A stretch of DNA of 64,000 bases, taken from Octopus bimaculoides. Lineage: Eukaryota. The position numbers were made by a program, and so were the translations under genes. Shown piece after piece: positions 27,146 through 40,762 of the stretch. Under the pieces are notes generated by a model. It made no database searches. It saw only the letters and a program-made list of their open reading frames with translations, and was not told the DNA's origin. Position 1 is the stretch's first letter, and every line of letters starts with the position of its first letter. Where the stretch lies: the NCBI RefSeq assembly GCF_001194135.2, contig NC_068999.1, forward strand, positions 37,761,303 to 37,825,302, given 5' to 3'.

Positions 27146-28239
27146 NNNNNNNNNNNNNNNNNNNNNNNNNNNNNNNNNNNNNNNNNNNNNNNNNNNNNNN
27201 NNNNNNNNNNNNNNNNNNNNNNNNNNNNNNNNNNNNNNNNNNNNNNNNNNNNNNNNNNNNNNNNNNNNNNNNNNNNNNNNNNNNNNNNNNNNNNNNNNNN
27301 NNNTATACACACACACACGCAGGAATGTTTGCTTTTCTCTTATGATCAAAAACAAAAAAAATATAATTTAATTAATTTGAATGATTACTCAATGCATTTG
27401 CTAGAGTACAGGTTTATTATTCTTTAGAATAGAATTGACAATGTCACCGAAGTTTCGGCAAACTAACTCATTGCGTGTATAAAAAAAACTAAGGAAAATA
27501 AGTCGATATCCTTTGACAATATCGTCTATTTCAGTTTTGTTTTCCTAAATGCTCACATTCAATGTGAAACAGCCAATGTTGTCAAGTGACATGTAACAAA
27601 AAAAGGTTCACTTTCAGAATTCTTATGAAACGTGCTTATATCATTGAGTGTTCTATACAAATTTTGTAATTTTACTGTATACTCATGTCTACGAAAATTG
27701 CAGCAAAACAGAAATCTTTCATTGCTAAGATGTTTTTTAGTTATGAAGTGACTCTAACGAAACAATTAATTGACTGACGAAACAATTGTTTAGGCAATTG
27801 CTTTGTTAATTAATTAATTACTTAACTAGTTGACTGAGTATTATAATAAGAAAGAAAATATAAGAAGTTAGTGATAAAATACCTTCGCGTTGTAAACCCC
27901 TACATAGAAGCAGAGGCTGACATATTGAGTACGGATACGAAAAATACACAAAAGAAAACCAAAACAAACGAAACCTTGTATTTAACAAATTTATAGAATT
28001 AAAGTTTCTTTTCTTGCAAATTTCAACCAGAAATTGGTTAAAGAAAAAGCACCATAGAGAAATGTCAAAAGACTTCCTGCGAGACACTTAACATTTTAGT
28101 TTGGTGACAAAGAATTCTAAATAGAATTCAGAAAGGGCAAACAGAATTCGTGAAGTGCCTCAACTTCTAAATTTTGCATCATACACAGACACACACGCAT
28201 ACACACACAAGCACACACACACGTGTATGTAAAGACATA

Positions 28240-28288
<49 letters not shown>

Positions 28289-28432
28289 TATAAGTAAATA
28301 CACTCACGTTATATGTTTGTCGCACTGTAAGTTTGTCTAGTGTGCCTGAATGAATGCGAGTTTGTATGTATACTGCTTTATGAATATATATGTGTGGGTG
28401 CGTGTGTACGTCTGTGCGTCTATGCGTGTGTG

Positions 28433-28478
<46 letters not shown>

Positions 28479-29318
28479 CGTGTGTGTGTTTGTATGACTG
28501 AATACATATACATGTATCTATAAGCAAACACATATAAGTATACGCATTCATGTGCTGTACATTTGTTTTATATATATATTGTAGAATATGAAAAACGTCG
28601 CTAGTCACATATTTGTATTTCTTTGGGGATTTATGTTTACCATTTCTACACCGAAAGAAACCATTATTTCGTTCCATTAGTGACATTAACTAAATTTCCT
28701 TCCGTAATTGAATGTTAAATAATTAATAGACACACACATACACCCCAACATATATATACTACATACAAAGAAATATTCATCTATATATATATTTATATGT
28801 ACAGATACACACAATCATACATACACATTCACACACACTCACACACTCGCACATATATACATGAAATCAAGTTTTTCCGGGAAAATGAGAGGCAATAAAT
28901 ATTTATTCTTATATATGCTTACAACTGTTTCGTAGTTTATATTCCTGTATTCAGTTACATCATTAACGTAACATCGCATCCAGCACAACAGATAAACGTA
29001 CACGTATAGATGTGCACTTATAATTTTATTGTAACATAACGAATAAGATTATCTTTGAGAACATTTCATTACCATTGAATATTTATGTGAAACGAGACTG
29101 GGTCGACTCAGTTTATACGAATCGATATTCATGCTATTGACTACCAAATATAATATACAATTATCATTAAAGTACAAGCTTACAAAAAGAGAGTACATAA
29201 TATACGGAGTATCGAATTCACACACACATACAGACATGTATGCACAACACACATACACACAAATGTATGAGTTGGTCTTGTCAATAAGATTTTTCATACG
29301 CTTTCTTAGAGTAGTATG

Positions 29319-29349
<31 letters not shown>

Positions 29350-29472
29350 GCATGCGTGCACGTATATACGTATATACGTATGTATTCATGTATGTACGTA
29401 TGTATGCATGCATGCACGTATGTACCTATATACGTATGTATTCATGTATGTACTATGTATGCATGCATGTAT

Positions 29473-29516
<44 letters not shown>

Positions 29517-30339
29517 NNNNNNNNNNNNNNNNNNNNNNNNNNNNNNNNNNNNNNNNNNNNNNNNNNNNNNNNNNNNNNNNNNNNNNNNNNNNNNNNNNNN
29601 NNNNNNNNNNNNNNNNNNNNNNNNNNNNNNNNNNNNNNNNNNNNNNNNNNNNNNNNNNNNNNNNNNNNNNNNNNNNNNNNNNNNNNNNNNNNNNNNNNNN
29701 NNNNNNNNNNNNNNNNNNNNNNNNNNNNNNNNNNNNNNNNNNNNNNNNNNNNNNNNNNNNNNNNNNNNNNNNNNNNNNNNNNNNNNNNNNNNNNNNNNNN
29801 NNNNNNNNNNNNNNNNNNNNNNNNNNNNNNNNNNNNNNNNNNNNNNNNNNNNNNTTATGTTTTTGTTTTCTTATTTTGTATTTATTGTGTTTGTTTACGC
29901 ATTGAATTGGTGTTGAATCGAATCAAATCACCATTCGTGGATTAATTTTATCATCATTTGTATTCATTTTGTATTCACGCTATCGTTGCCAACACGCAAA
30001 CATTTTGAATCCATCATTTAATAGAATACAACAATAACTTCAACATAAATAACAACAACAACATTAGCGATAATAACGCCAGCAAGAATAACAAGAAAAC
30101 CGAAAATACGACCATGATTAACAATAATAGCAACAGAAACTATTAGTAAGATTAACACCAACAATTATAGGAAAAGAAATATCGGCAATAACAACAACAA
30201 CAACAACACCATTCATAACTATAACGACAATGATAACAGCGGATGAAACCTGCGCGTGCAGGTTCCATTAGTTAGAAATAACAGCCAAATTACTTCATTC
30301 ATACAGTTATGACTTAAGTAAAGGAAGGTTATATTACTT

Positions 30340-30535
30340 GATGGATCATCTGTTGGTTTCCATGATGGTTACTCAATTGTTTGATCAAGTGAACTGCTTC
30401 CGTGTTCACAAACCAAATAAATGACTGAGTATTTCACAGACGCGTGTATTCTTAATGTAATTCTGGAACCAGTCAATGTGACTCATCACGTGACAAGGTT
30501 TGGTCTTTGTATTATAGGCAAACTCTCAACAGTTT
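30340..30535 (-). mobile_element. SINE family 3, 3' portion, degenerate
   Basis: Reverse complement CCTTGTCACG..GAATTACATTAAGAATACACGCGTCTGTGAAATACTCAG..GCAGTTCACTTGATC aligns with 9565-9700. Confidence 0.5.
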
Positions 30536-30894
30536 GTCACTTATATGCTGCCCATTGAATTCCAAATTCGGGTTTCCTAAAGTTAAAAGAAATATGGAAT
30601 GGGATTCCACCTTGGAGAGCAGGATCTCGAAGCGAACTTCCTAGCCACTTTTCTATAAATGCGTTCACTGCAAAACATTCTCTTCACAAAGACAGGCTGT
30701 TTGGTGTTGTTGGGGCTTGTAATATTTAGAACAACACATGTAGGACCCAGGATGATTTTCAAAAATACTTTTGGAAAAAAAAAACTGTCTTATTTGAAAT
30801 AAAGAAAAAATATGTGTAGGGGAGGGGCATTAAAGAATGTTTCGGTGTCGTTACGACAAAGAGAGTAAAACATATATATATATATATAAAACTC

Positions 30895-30975
30895 AAAGTA
30901 CTGTGTAGTGAGACTGAACCTGAAACCACATGCTTGCAAAACGAGCTTCTTAATCACACAGCCATACCTAGTCAT
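30895..30975 (-). mobile_element. SINE family 2 head (tRNA-related part)
   Basis: Reverse complement AGGTATGGCTGTGTGATTAAGAAGCTCGTTTTGCAAGCATGTGGTTTCAGGTTCAGTCTCAC is homologous to 40695-40760. Confidence 0.6.
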
Positions 30976-31496
30976 TCCCTGTCATGTACTCTTATATATA
31001 TATGTGTGTGCTTATGTGTGTGTGTATGCGCGCGCGTGTGTCTGTGTGTGACTGTAGAATTATAAATGAATATGAATTTTACGATTTTTTCGTGTTTTTT
31101 GTTTATTATTTAATATCACATCGACCCCCACCATCCACCCACCACAATAAAAAGAAAATAAAGAAAAAACGATCTTGAATTACTCAAACAAAGAGAAATA
31201 TGGTAAGTTATGTTAATGCTGCATTTCCCCAAAGGAGAGATTGGACGATACAATTGAGGTGAACAAGACTGACGAGTGCGAAGAGTTTTTAGATATTACA
31301 TTCCTCATAAAGTAAAAAAAAAAAAAACATTTTATTATTTACTGTATCAAATAGCAACAAGATAAATATCTCGTACTCTACTTTTCAAAGAATATCCTAC
31401 AACTAAGTTGTCAGATACATTTTACTGAAAGCAAAACTAATGTAAAGATAGAGAAATGTTCGTACAGAATGAATTTTTTAGATGTCGGTGTTTAGT

Positions 31497-31615
31497 CTCA
31501 GGTATAGCTGCGTGATGGCGAACAACGCTTGGTGCTTGGCAACTGCATGGGTTTCGGTTCGGTCCTATTGCACGGATTCTTAGGCAAGTGACTTATACCA
31601 TAGTCATAGAATAAT
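31497..31615 (+). mobile_element. Degenerate SINE family 2 head plus CORE-like segment
   Basis: CAGGTATAGCTGCGTG..GGTTTCGGTTCGGTCC..TTAGGCAAGTGACTTATACCATAG. Confidence 0.45.
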
Positions 31616-31994
31616 TGAACAATCAGATTCTGTAACGTCCTTGACGGTATAAATTCATTCAAATTAAATCTATGAAAATGATGATAAGAATATACAAACG
31701 ATTACGGAAATAATATATTCCACCGTTTAGAACTGAGTCGTATTCTGTTTTAACTGGACAAACTCCTACTGCTTGTATATATTCGTACATATTATTCAGT
31801 TAATTAGCTCATGATTAATGTTCTATATTGATTGCTTTCTTGACTCGATTGTGTATGGAGAGGGAATAACGTGTAAAACATTGGGTCAAAGAATCAGGAA
31901 TTTCAAATTGAAGAGAGAAATTTTTCGATTCTGAGAATAAACACGTGACACATATACGAAATGTCACCTTTATTCATTATTCTTAAAAATGAGA

Positions 31995-32043
<49 letters not shown>

Positions 32044-33150
32044 GTATATGTATGTGTGTGTGGGTATAGATATACAAGCACACACATACATATATATGTA
32101 TACAGTATGTATGTGCACAGGCATATATTATACATTATATGCAAACATATATGTGTATGTGTGTGTGCATGCGTGTGTTTGTATCAATATCTATAGAACA
32201 TTTGTATCTATAATATAATGGGGATTTTCTAGCATACACGAATATTGCAACATCGTACAAATATACAAGCATACATACACTCATACCTACATATACATAT
32301 ATAAGTATGTAATTATACTTTATACCGTGAATTGAGTATTCTTGCTGTTATTCACTATAAACGACTGTGTATGTAGATATAACATAAACTATAAAAAATA
32401 ACCTCTTTGAATATTCAAGTTAACAATACAAAACATTTTGATGTAGTCAGAACCGTATTGTATAAAGCCGCCTGTCAGTCATTCGTTGTCTAGTGGTTTT
32501 GATATATGGCGACAAAAATAACGATTTTCTTTTTTGTGTGTACGTTAAATAAAGATATGTTTTTAGAATATGGATGAATGTGTTATGCAATTTCTCAGTT
32601 TTCAGCCGTTAGTTAATTGAAAATATAAATTGTTAATGTTTGTTCATGATGAGACCTTTATAAAACATGATATTAATTTTTCTCTGAGAGGCAAAGCGCA
32701 TAGCCGTCGCTACTTTGTTCAAAATGATTGGCATGTTATCATATATATTTCAAGTAATTTTATAGTCCCTACTATTGTTATTTTACAAAGCTGCAGAGTT
32801 ATTTAATAAACTTGTTATATTTGCTGCATATAATATATTGCCAACGGGGATATAAAAAAAATGCTTAATAGTAAAATGTATGTAAATTTTATATATTTTT
32901 TAATTTGCTAAAATAGACTTTTGCAAAATATTTCATTTCATCGGCAGGACTTCAAAGTTTGAAAAATAACGAAGGAATAAACTGAAAATAGCATATTCAT
33001 GTCTAAGTCTACTGGAGCGTGTTAGGAATGAATGCGCATATCATTTTTAATATTTTTTTATTTTATACTTATCTAATTTTTAAAATCTACGCTTAAACTC
33101 TGCCTTAAAACTGATTTAACTTACGTTTGGTTTATATATTTCCCCATTCT

Positions 33151-33600
33151 ATAAGGTCTTCTAACAGACACAATCTTGACAAAAGGGAGCACTGCCTCCT
33201 CCAGGAACTTTATGTAGGCCTCCGTGTTGAGTGTGAGGTCGTGTGGGAAGATGAATGGAGGCACAACGTGACCATCACTAGTGATCACTCTAAACACCAT
33301 GATGTTGATTGGATGTTTGATTTTTATCACTCTCGGTACAAGTCCTCAGATTGTACCGTCCTCAGATTGACACTTAAACACTCTGAAATGTTTGCATCGG
33401 AGCTTCCGGCACGAACGCGAAGCAGTACAACATGTCGTTTCCAAATTTCTGGCGGAGTGAATTGCGCCATGGTGCTGTTTTTCTCATAGACGGTGCCCAG
33501 CTGTCTCTTTCATACAGCGGAGTCGACACAATCCAAAACAATCCTTTTGCATGCGTGAAATTCAAACTATAAAATGGCGACTATTACCCCTCGTACCCTG
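33151..33600 (-). mobile_element. Internally deleted, 3'-truncated IS630/Tc1/mariner transposon (maT/DD37D-like)
   Basis: ATG at 33470 gives MAQFTPPEIWKRHVVLLRVRAGSSDANISECLSVNLRTVQ (HTH region). This is fused to VPRVIKIKHPINIMVFRVITSDGHVVPPFIFPHDLTLNTEAYIKFLEEAVLPFVKIVSVRRPY (catalytic core). The terminus CAGGGT.. abuts a (TA)n tract at 33601. Confidence 0.85.
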
Positions 33601-33878
33601 TATATATATATATATATATATATATATNNNNNNNNNNATATATATCTTGCATATACGCATACACATGAACACACTTACAAATATACCACATACTTTGATA
33701 TAGACTGTAATATCAGTACAACTCATTGAATCTTAGAGATAAGCTGTTTTCCGGGAGTCAAGTAAAATAGTATCACACCATTTGTTCATTATTCGATGAC
33801 CTCAGTCACACATTCACGCACGCACAATCCCTCAGACACATTCACACACGCACGCACACACCCATATACATGCACAGG

Positions 33879-33968
<90 letters not shown>

Positions 33969-35092
33969 TACATACATGCATACATATAAGAATAATTTCA
34001 AGCTGGAGAAGAAAATCTAACAGTCAATCAGAATACATATAAAAAAGAAAACAAGATAAAAAAAATAACATAAATAAATGAATAAGAAAAAAAATAGATG
34101 TTTCTTTGAAGTGGCATCATCGATTTGTCCCAATTTTCGTTTACCTATTAATACCTCTCGTGCCCTTAATCTGCAATTCACTGCATTTTTTTTTCATATG
34201 TTCTTTTTTTTCGTTATCTTTAATATATATTTCACAATATGTATCTACTTATGTCTTGTTCGTGATGTACATGGAAACTTCTTAAACATTACAGGAATAA
34301 TGGTGAGAAATCACTTGTTCAGCATTCACAGGTGAAACGGCAATAGGATTCTTTTTACTTTTGTTTAATCAAAATGTATATCTATTTGTGTGTGCATGTA
34401 AAGATATATATATATATATATATNNNNNNNNNNNNNNNNNNNNNNNNNNNNNNNNNNNNNNNNNNNNNNNNNNNNNNNNNNNNNNNNNNNNNNNNNNNNN
34501 NNNNNNNNNNNNNNNNNNNNNNNNNNNNNNNNNNNNNNNNNNNNNNNNNNNNNNNNNNNNNNNNNNNNNNNNNNNNNNNNNNNNNNNNNNNNNNNNNNNN
34601 NNNNNNNNNNNNNNNNNNNNNNNNNNNNNNNNNNNNNNNNNNNNNNNNNNNNNNNNNNNNNNNNNNNNNNNNNNNNNNNNNNNNNNNNNNNNNNNNNNNN
34701 NNNNNNNNNNNNNNNNNNNNNNNNNNNNNNNNNNNNNNNNNNNNNNNNNNNNNNNNNNNNNNNNNNNNNNNNNNNNNNNNNNNNNNNNNNNNNNNNNNNN
34801 NNNNNNNNNNNNNNNNNNNNNNNNNNNNNNNNNNNNNNNNNNNNNNNNNNNNNNNNNNNNNNNNNNNNNNNNNNNNNNNNNNNNNNNNNNNNNNNNNNNN
34901 NNNNNNNNNNNNNNNNNNNNNNNNNNNNNNNNNNNNNNNNNNNNNNNNNNNNNNNNNNNNNNNNNNNNNNNNNNNNNNNNNNNNNNNNNNNNNNNNNNNN
35001 NNNNNNNNNNNATATGTATATATGTTTGCTTGCTTGTATGTGTGTGTATGTGTTCGCACATATATTTATATATACACATATATATATGTATG

Positions 35093-35143
<51 letters not shown>

Positions 35144-35928
35144 TTATATATATGTATATACATATATATGTGTGTGTGCGTGTATATACACACACACACA
35201 CACTCACACACACACACACATATATATATAGAGAGAGGGGATCTGAGATGATTGTAAAGTTAGTAGAAGAGCTTTGGAGGCTGATGTCACAATATTTGAC
35301 AAGTATAAACACAAAGTTAGACAAATCCTAAACAAACGCTGTATTAATCACCTTCTAGATTTAATAGCTGTCCACAGTATCCTAAATTAATGTCAATTCT
35401 GACTGTTAATGTGTCAAAGTGTCAGCGTGTCAGCGGGGGAATTAACAATGTACTCTTTTCTTGGCTGTAGGAGTTTATCTTCGAAATTAGTAAATTCATT
35501 AAATTTCCTCTAGTTCGGCCCATACTTCTATATCAGAGATTTATCGATGTAATGATGGAGGGCATTTGTTATAGATGGAGTCATTTTACTTACATTTTAC
35601 TTCGTTTGCCAAGAATCGGTGGCCATACTGCAGCACCACCTTAGTGTCATTACGAATTTATTTCATTTCACTCACACAGAATTTTTCATCCAGGTTCGGT
35701 TCTTTTGAAGTTGTGAGTTGGCTGAATCTGCCCGTATTTGAGTTTCTTGTCCTGATGCGGGTTCATCTGGTGTCTCTGACCAAAATTCAACACTCTTCTA
35801 GAATTTGTCAGACTCATGCATCGGATTACGTTTGCTTTTTGTTAGTAGCGTATGACGTAATTAATGTCGGATCTATAATTCTCTCTCTCTTTCTCTCCCC
35901 CACTCTCTCAGTATGGGTGCGAACGTAT

Positions 35929-35979
<51 letters not shown>

Positions 35980-36438
35980 GTTAACGGCTCTCTATCAAGC
36001 GAACAAATATCAGGCTTTTGAGTGTAATATCACTCACTTCGCAATATGTCTTCCATGATCTCACTCTCTCTCTTTCTCTCCCGCCATCTCTCTCTNNNNN
36101 NNNNNNNNNNNNNNNNNNNNNNNNNNNNNNNNNNNNNNNNNNNNNNNNNNNNNNNNNNNNNNNNNNNNNNNNNNNNNNNNNNNNNNNNNNNNNNNNNNNN
36201 NNNNNNNNNNNNNNNNNNNNNNNNNNNNNNNNNNNNNNNNNNNNNNNNNNNNNNNNNNNNNNNNNNNNNNNNNNNNNNNNNNNNNNNNNNNNNNNNNNNN
36301 NNNNNNNNNNNNNNNNNNNNNNNNNNNNNNNNNNNNNNNNNNNNNNNNNNNNNNNNNNNNNNNNNNNNNNNNNNNNNNNNNNNNNNNNNNNNNNNNNNNN
36401 NNNNNNNNNNNNNNNNNNNNNNNNNNNNNNNNNNNNNN

Positions 36439-36481
<43 letters not shown>

Positions 36482-36828
36482 CTATGTGCATATATACGCG
36501 TTTGTACATATCTATATCAACTTATCTATCTATCTGTCTGTCTATCTATCTACCTCTATGTGTGAGTGTAAGTGTGTGTGTCTGCGCGCGGACACACACA
36601 CACATACAAACACACACACACACACATACAAACACACAAACACATAGAAACACACACACACACATAGAAACACACACACACACATACAAACACACACACA
36701 TTTATATGTATGAAATCATTCCATTATATACTATCATGTAAAGCTGAGATTTTACCAACCATAAGAAAAAAAAAACGCATAAAAAAACAAATTCTAAAAT
36801 AACTTAAGATTTCACAAAAAAGAGGGTT
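36439..36828 (+). repeat. Arm 1 of a local inverted duplication
   Basis: Unique sequence (e.g. GTATGAAATCATTCCATT..GTAAAGCTGAGATTTTACC..TTCTAAAATAACTTAAGATTTCACAAAAA) is the reverse complement of 37400-37720. The ORF track shows near-identical peptides on opposite strands. Confidence 0.95.
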
Positions 36829-36941
36829 GCAAAAGTTATTTACTGACATGTTACATTTTCAATGCAAGAATATATTGTATGAATTAAAATAACGATAACG
36901 GGCATTTAATATAATGGATCCTGTAAGTAAATATATGTATA

Positions 36942-36976
<35 letters not shown>

Positions 36977-37030
36977 NNNNNNNNNNNNNNNNNNNNNNNN
37001 NNNNNNNNNNNNNNNNNNNNNNNNNNNCAC

Positions 37031-37079
<49 letters not shown>

Positions 37080-37399
37080 AGTGGAGGAGATCGAGGCTTC
37101 TCATTGGCAATGCATTGTTAATAGACTTGCATTGACGATAATAATTCTTGTTAAACAGTGAACTTCTAGCTGAAGTTTAACGGAAGTTTAAGAGTGGCTG
37201 TGATAGATATGTTATTGGCAACGAATACAGAAGCGAATGAAAAGACACGGCAATCTGGACAGGACAACCTTAATAATAAAATACGGTCTGTGTGTGAGAG
37301 TGCCTGTGTGTTATTGTGCGCGTGTATGTGTGTGTATTTGTATGCATGTAAGGATGTGTAAAGACGTGAGTACGTATGTGGGTATGCAAGGACGTGAGT

Positions 37400-37672
37400 A
37401 ACCCTCTCTTTTTGTGAAATCTTAAGTTATTTTAGAATTTGTATTTTTATGCGTTTTTTTTTAATGGTCGGTAAAATCTCAGCTTTACATGACAGTATAC
37501 AATGGAATGATTTCATACATATAAATGTGTGTGTGTGTGCATGTGTGTGTGTATGTGTGTGTCCGCGCGCAGACACACACACTTACACTCACACATAGAG
37601 GTAGATAGAAAGACAGACAGATAGATAGATAATTTGATATAGTTACGTACAAACGTCTGTATATGCACACAG

Positions 37673-37717
<45 letters not shown>

Positions 37718-37720
37718 CAT
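37400..37720 (-). repeat. Arm 2 of a local inverted duplication
   Basis: Reverse complement of 36439-36828 with scattered substitutions and microsatellite length differences. Confidence 0.95.
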
Positions 37721-38265
37721 ACACGCACATATAAATATATATTTATTTAATATGTGAGTACGTAAGGATGTGGGTACGTGAGAACACACACATATATCTG
37801 TATTATACCTGTCTTTCTTTCTCTCTCTGTTTCTCTCTCCTTAAACTCACACATATGCATCTACGTGAGACCGACTCATCTCTCAAATGAGCCACTATGA
37901 AAAGCAGTTCTTTCAGAGGACATGCGCAACGGTTGCCTGACGAACGAAATTATAATGTCCGAAATCTATTCCATGTTGTAACGAACAGCCTTACACAGCA
38001 GTTTGTTCAATGATTTATGTATCTCTTGAAAACGTCTTTTTACACCTAAAAGTATAAGATTAATATTTCAAATAACTACATTTATTATTTCCGTTGGAAA
38101 CTGTCATCACTTTTACTATAACTCCATCGCATATTTGCTTCATGAATAAGAAATATCTGTCAATATTGAAGAACAACGTTTGACTAAATACGATTTCGTT
38201 TCCCAAATTCCAGTTTGATTACATGTTCGTCTGATATTCTTGTACATTCAATGTACTGGTTGCAT

Positions 38266-38335
38266 TTGTACACTTCCCGTTGTACACTTCCCGTTGTACA
38301 CTACCCGTTGTACACTTCCGGTTGTACACTTCCTG
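38266..38335. repeat. 14-bp minisatellite TTGTACACTTCCCG, five copies plus degenerate outliers
   Basis: Units start at 38266, 38280, 38294, 38308 and 38322; partial copies lie near 38350, 38391 and 38428. Confidence 0.95.
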
Positions 38336-39529
38336 TTCCCTTGTCTTCTTTGTACACTTCAGTCACAAATAGCAGTCACTTGTTTTGTATGTACACTTCC
38401 TGCTCATTTGTTTCGTTTATGCTCCTGTTGTACAAACGTTTCGTTTGGACGCTTCAGATAGCTACGCTATGCTAAAAATCTTGATCATTTGACTCATAAG
38501 AAATAGGAATCAACCGCCCTCAATACACAACTCACTACTTTAGAAAAATATGCAATGAATTGTGTTGTCAAATACTTATTAATCAGAGCTAATCTGGTGA
38601 TAAAACATCAAAGCGTCCTCATTAATCTGCTCTACACGAGACAATAGGAAGGCCTCTACATGGTCGCTCAGACAACTAGACATAACAACCAGGCTTCTTA
38701 CCGTCTCAACGATGAGCGCTCATATTCGACCACATACTACTAGATAAACAAAACGACGTAGCAGTCACGGCTGAAACGTCTTTGTTTATACATCTGATCA
38801 ATCAGATCTAGTAGCGTCGGGAGAGAAAAGAAAGAATCAAGATGTAAACACCAACCCACTTCTTATATCAGAGATCCTTCTTCCACCATGCTTTCTGTCT
38901 GTGAATAAACTGACTGAACGGTCGTCGATTCTGATATGTCAAATAGCAGTCACCGTTTAATTATTTATATATTCAGAATAGAGTTTAACATTCGGAAGTT
39001 TTCAAAGCTAATGCACTTCCTGGCCTTTCTAAGAAAAATCAGTATTTCTGCTTTTTGAATATTATATATATGAGTATGTATGTATATCCGTACATATCTC
39101 TGCTTGTTTTTCTTTTTATTCCAGTTTTTCTTTATATGTACTTCGAGTCAGGAATAAACATGATAATTTAAGCAACTGTTAGAGGAATGTACGTAAATGG
39201 GAGCAAAATTGGCAAGAATTGCTACGATTATTAATAGAGATTCTTAGCTTCTCTTTGAAAATAATACTTTGAAACGTGGCCAGCTAACGTCCATGTTTCT
39301 TGGGATAAATTTGTTATTATGTAATAGCATCCGTGTTAAAAGGAATTGGTAATATCATTAGACACAGTCGGACATCGGAAGCTGGACCGCTGTTTGCCGG
39401 ACGCAAACAGCAGACATCTTGTTTTGACGTTGGCTTCACTTTCTTAGTGGAGAATTAATGGAAGAATGGTTAAGTGAATGTAAGAGATAGAACAGTAGAT
39501 ATAGAGATGGAAATAAAATGGAGACGAAA

Positions 39530-39637
<108 letters not shown>

Positions 39638-40163
39638 AGAAGGAGAAAGAAAGATATTCAATATATGAATGTTCGTGTGAGAGCGAAAAGCAGACATAGA
39701 ATATTTTCACTATATATGTGTGTGTGTATGTATATATGTATATATACATGTATATTTATGAATGTACGTATGTATTATCTATCTCTCTATATATGCATAT
39801 TTGTGTGTGATTCTATGTGCATGTATTTGTGTGTGTCTGCGTGTCGTTTTGTGTGTGTGTGTGTGTGTAAGGGGGAAAGGAAAGGAGGCAGGCAGCGTTA
39901 GAAATGCGAATTGTTTCAATTGATTTTTTCCAGTATTATGAAATAGAAGAAAGTTATGATTCTTTAAGACTCTTGAGAATACAGTAATGCAGACCGAATC
40001 GGTGCAGCGTGGTTTCTCATAATATTCCCTATATTTATTCTCTTTTCTATTAGTAAAGCATTGAAGTTATATAACAATATCGCACTGAAGACTAATCGGT
40101 GAGTCATCTTCACTGAATATAGCCTCATATTAATAGAAGCATTCAAACATACGTATACACACA

Positions 40164-40204
<41 letters not shown>

Positions 40205-40694
40205 GCATATGCTCAAGAACATGGACGCATACACAGCTACACATTCATACATGCGTATATGTGTGTGTGTATAGAAAAGCATATGGAAGTCACGATAAAC
40301 AGAAGATTATATCATTTTTTCCTCACGTACGTTTCAATATTGAGTTGAGAGGTAAATACACCGATTTCGAAACTCAGATATAAAAAAAGTTTTACGTTAT
40401 TATTATCGAATAATGATCCGACCTCACGGGTCAGATTATGAAATATTAGAGGGGAGGAGATAGAAATACGCAGAAGTTGTAAAATGGAAAAGACACACTC
40501 ACACAAAAGAAAAAAAATATATATATATAAATACACATGGCAAGCAGAACTATTAAGTGGTCTCAGTTGACAGCGGTTAATATATGAAAGAAGTTAAAAA
40601 GTAAGCAGAAAACTTGTCAATACGTCATAGAAGAGTTTTAATCTCTACGGTTTATCGTTGTATCAGTGAAACATTGAAAAGAAATTTGCTACAT

Positions 40695-40762
40695 AGGTGC
40701 AGGTGTGGCTGTGTGGTAAGAAATCTGCTTCCCAACCACACAGCCCCGGGTTCAGTTTCGTT
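40695..40762 (+). mobile_element. SINE family 2 head (A- and B-box-like), truncated
   Basis: AGGTGCAGGTGTGGCTGTGTGGTAAGAAATCTGCTTCCCAACCACACAGCCCCGGGTTCAG is homologous to 42020-42085. Confidence 0.75.

Noticed and set aside
38266-38335. Short regular repeat considered as a CRISPR array
   Set aside because: The units are contiguous 14-mers with no unique spacers, and the context is eukaryotic.
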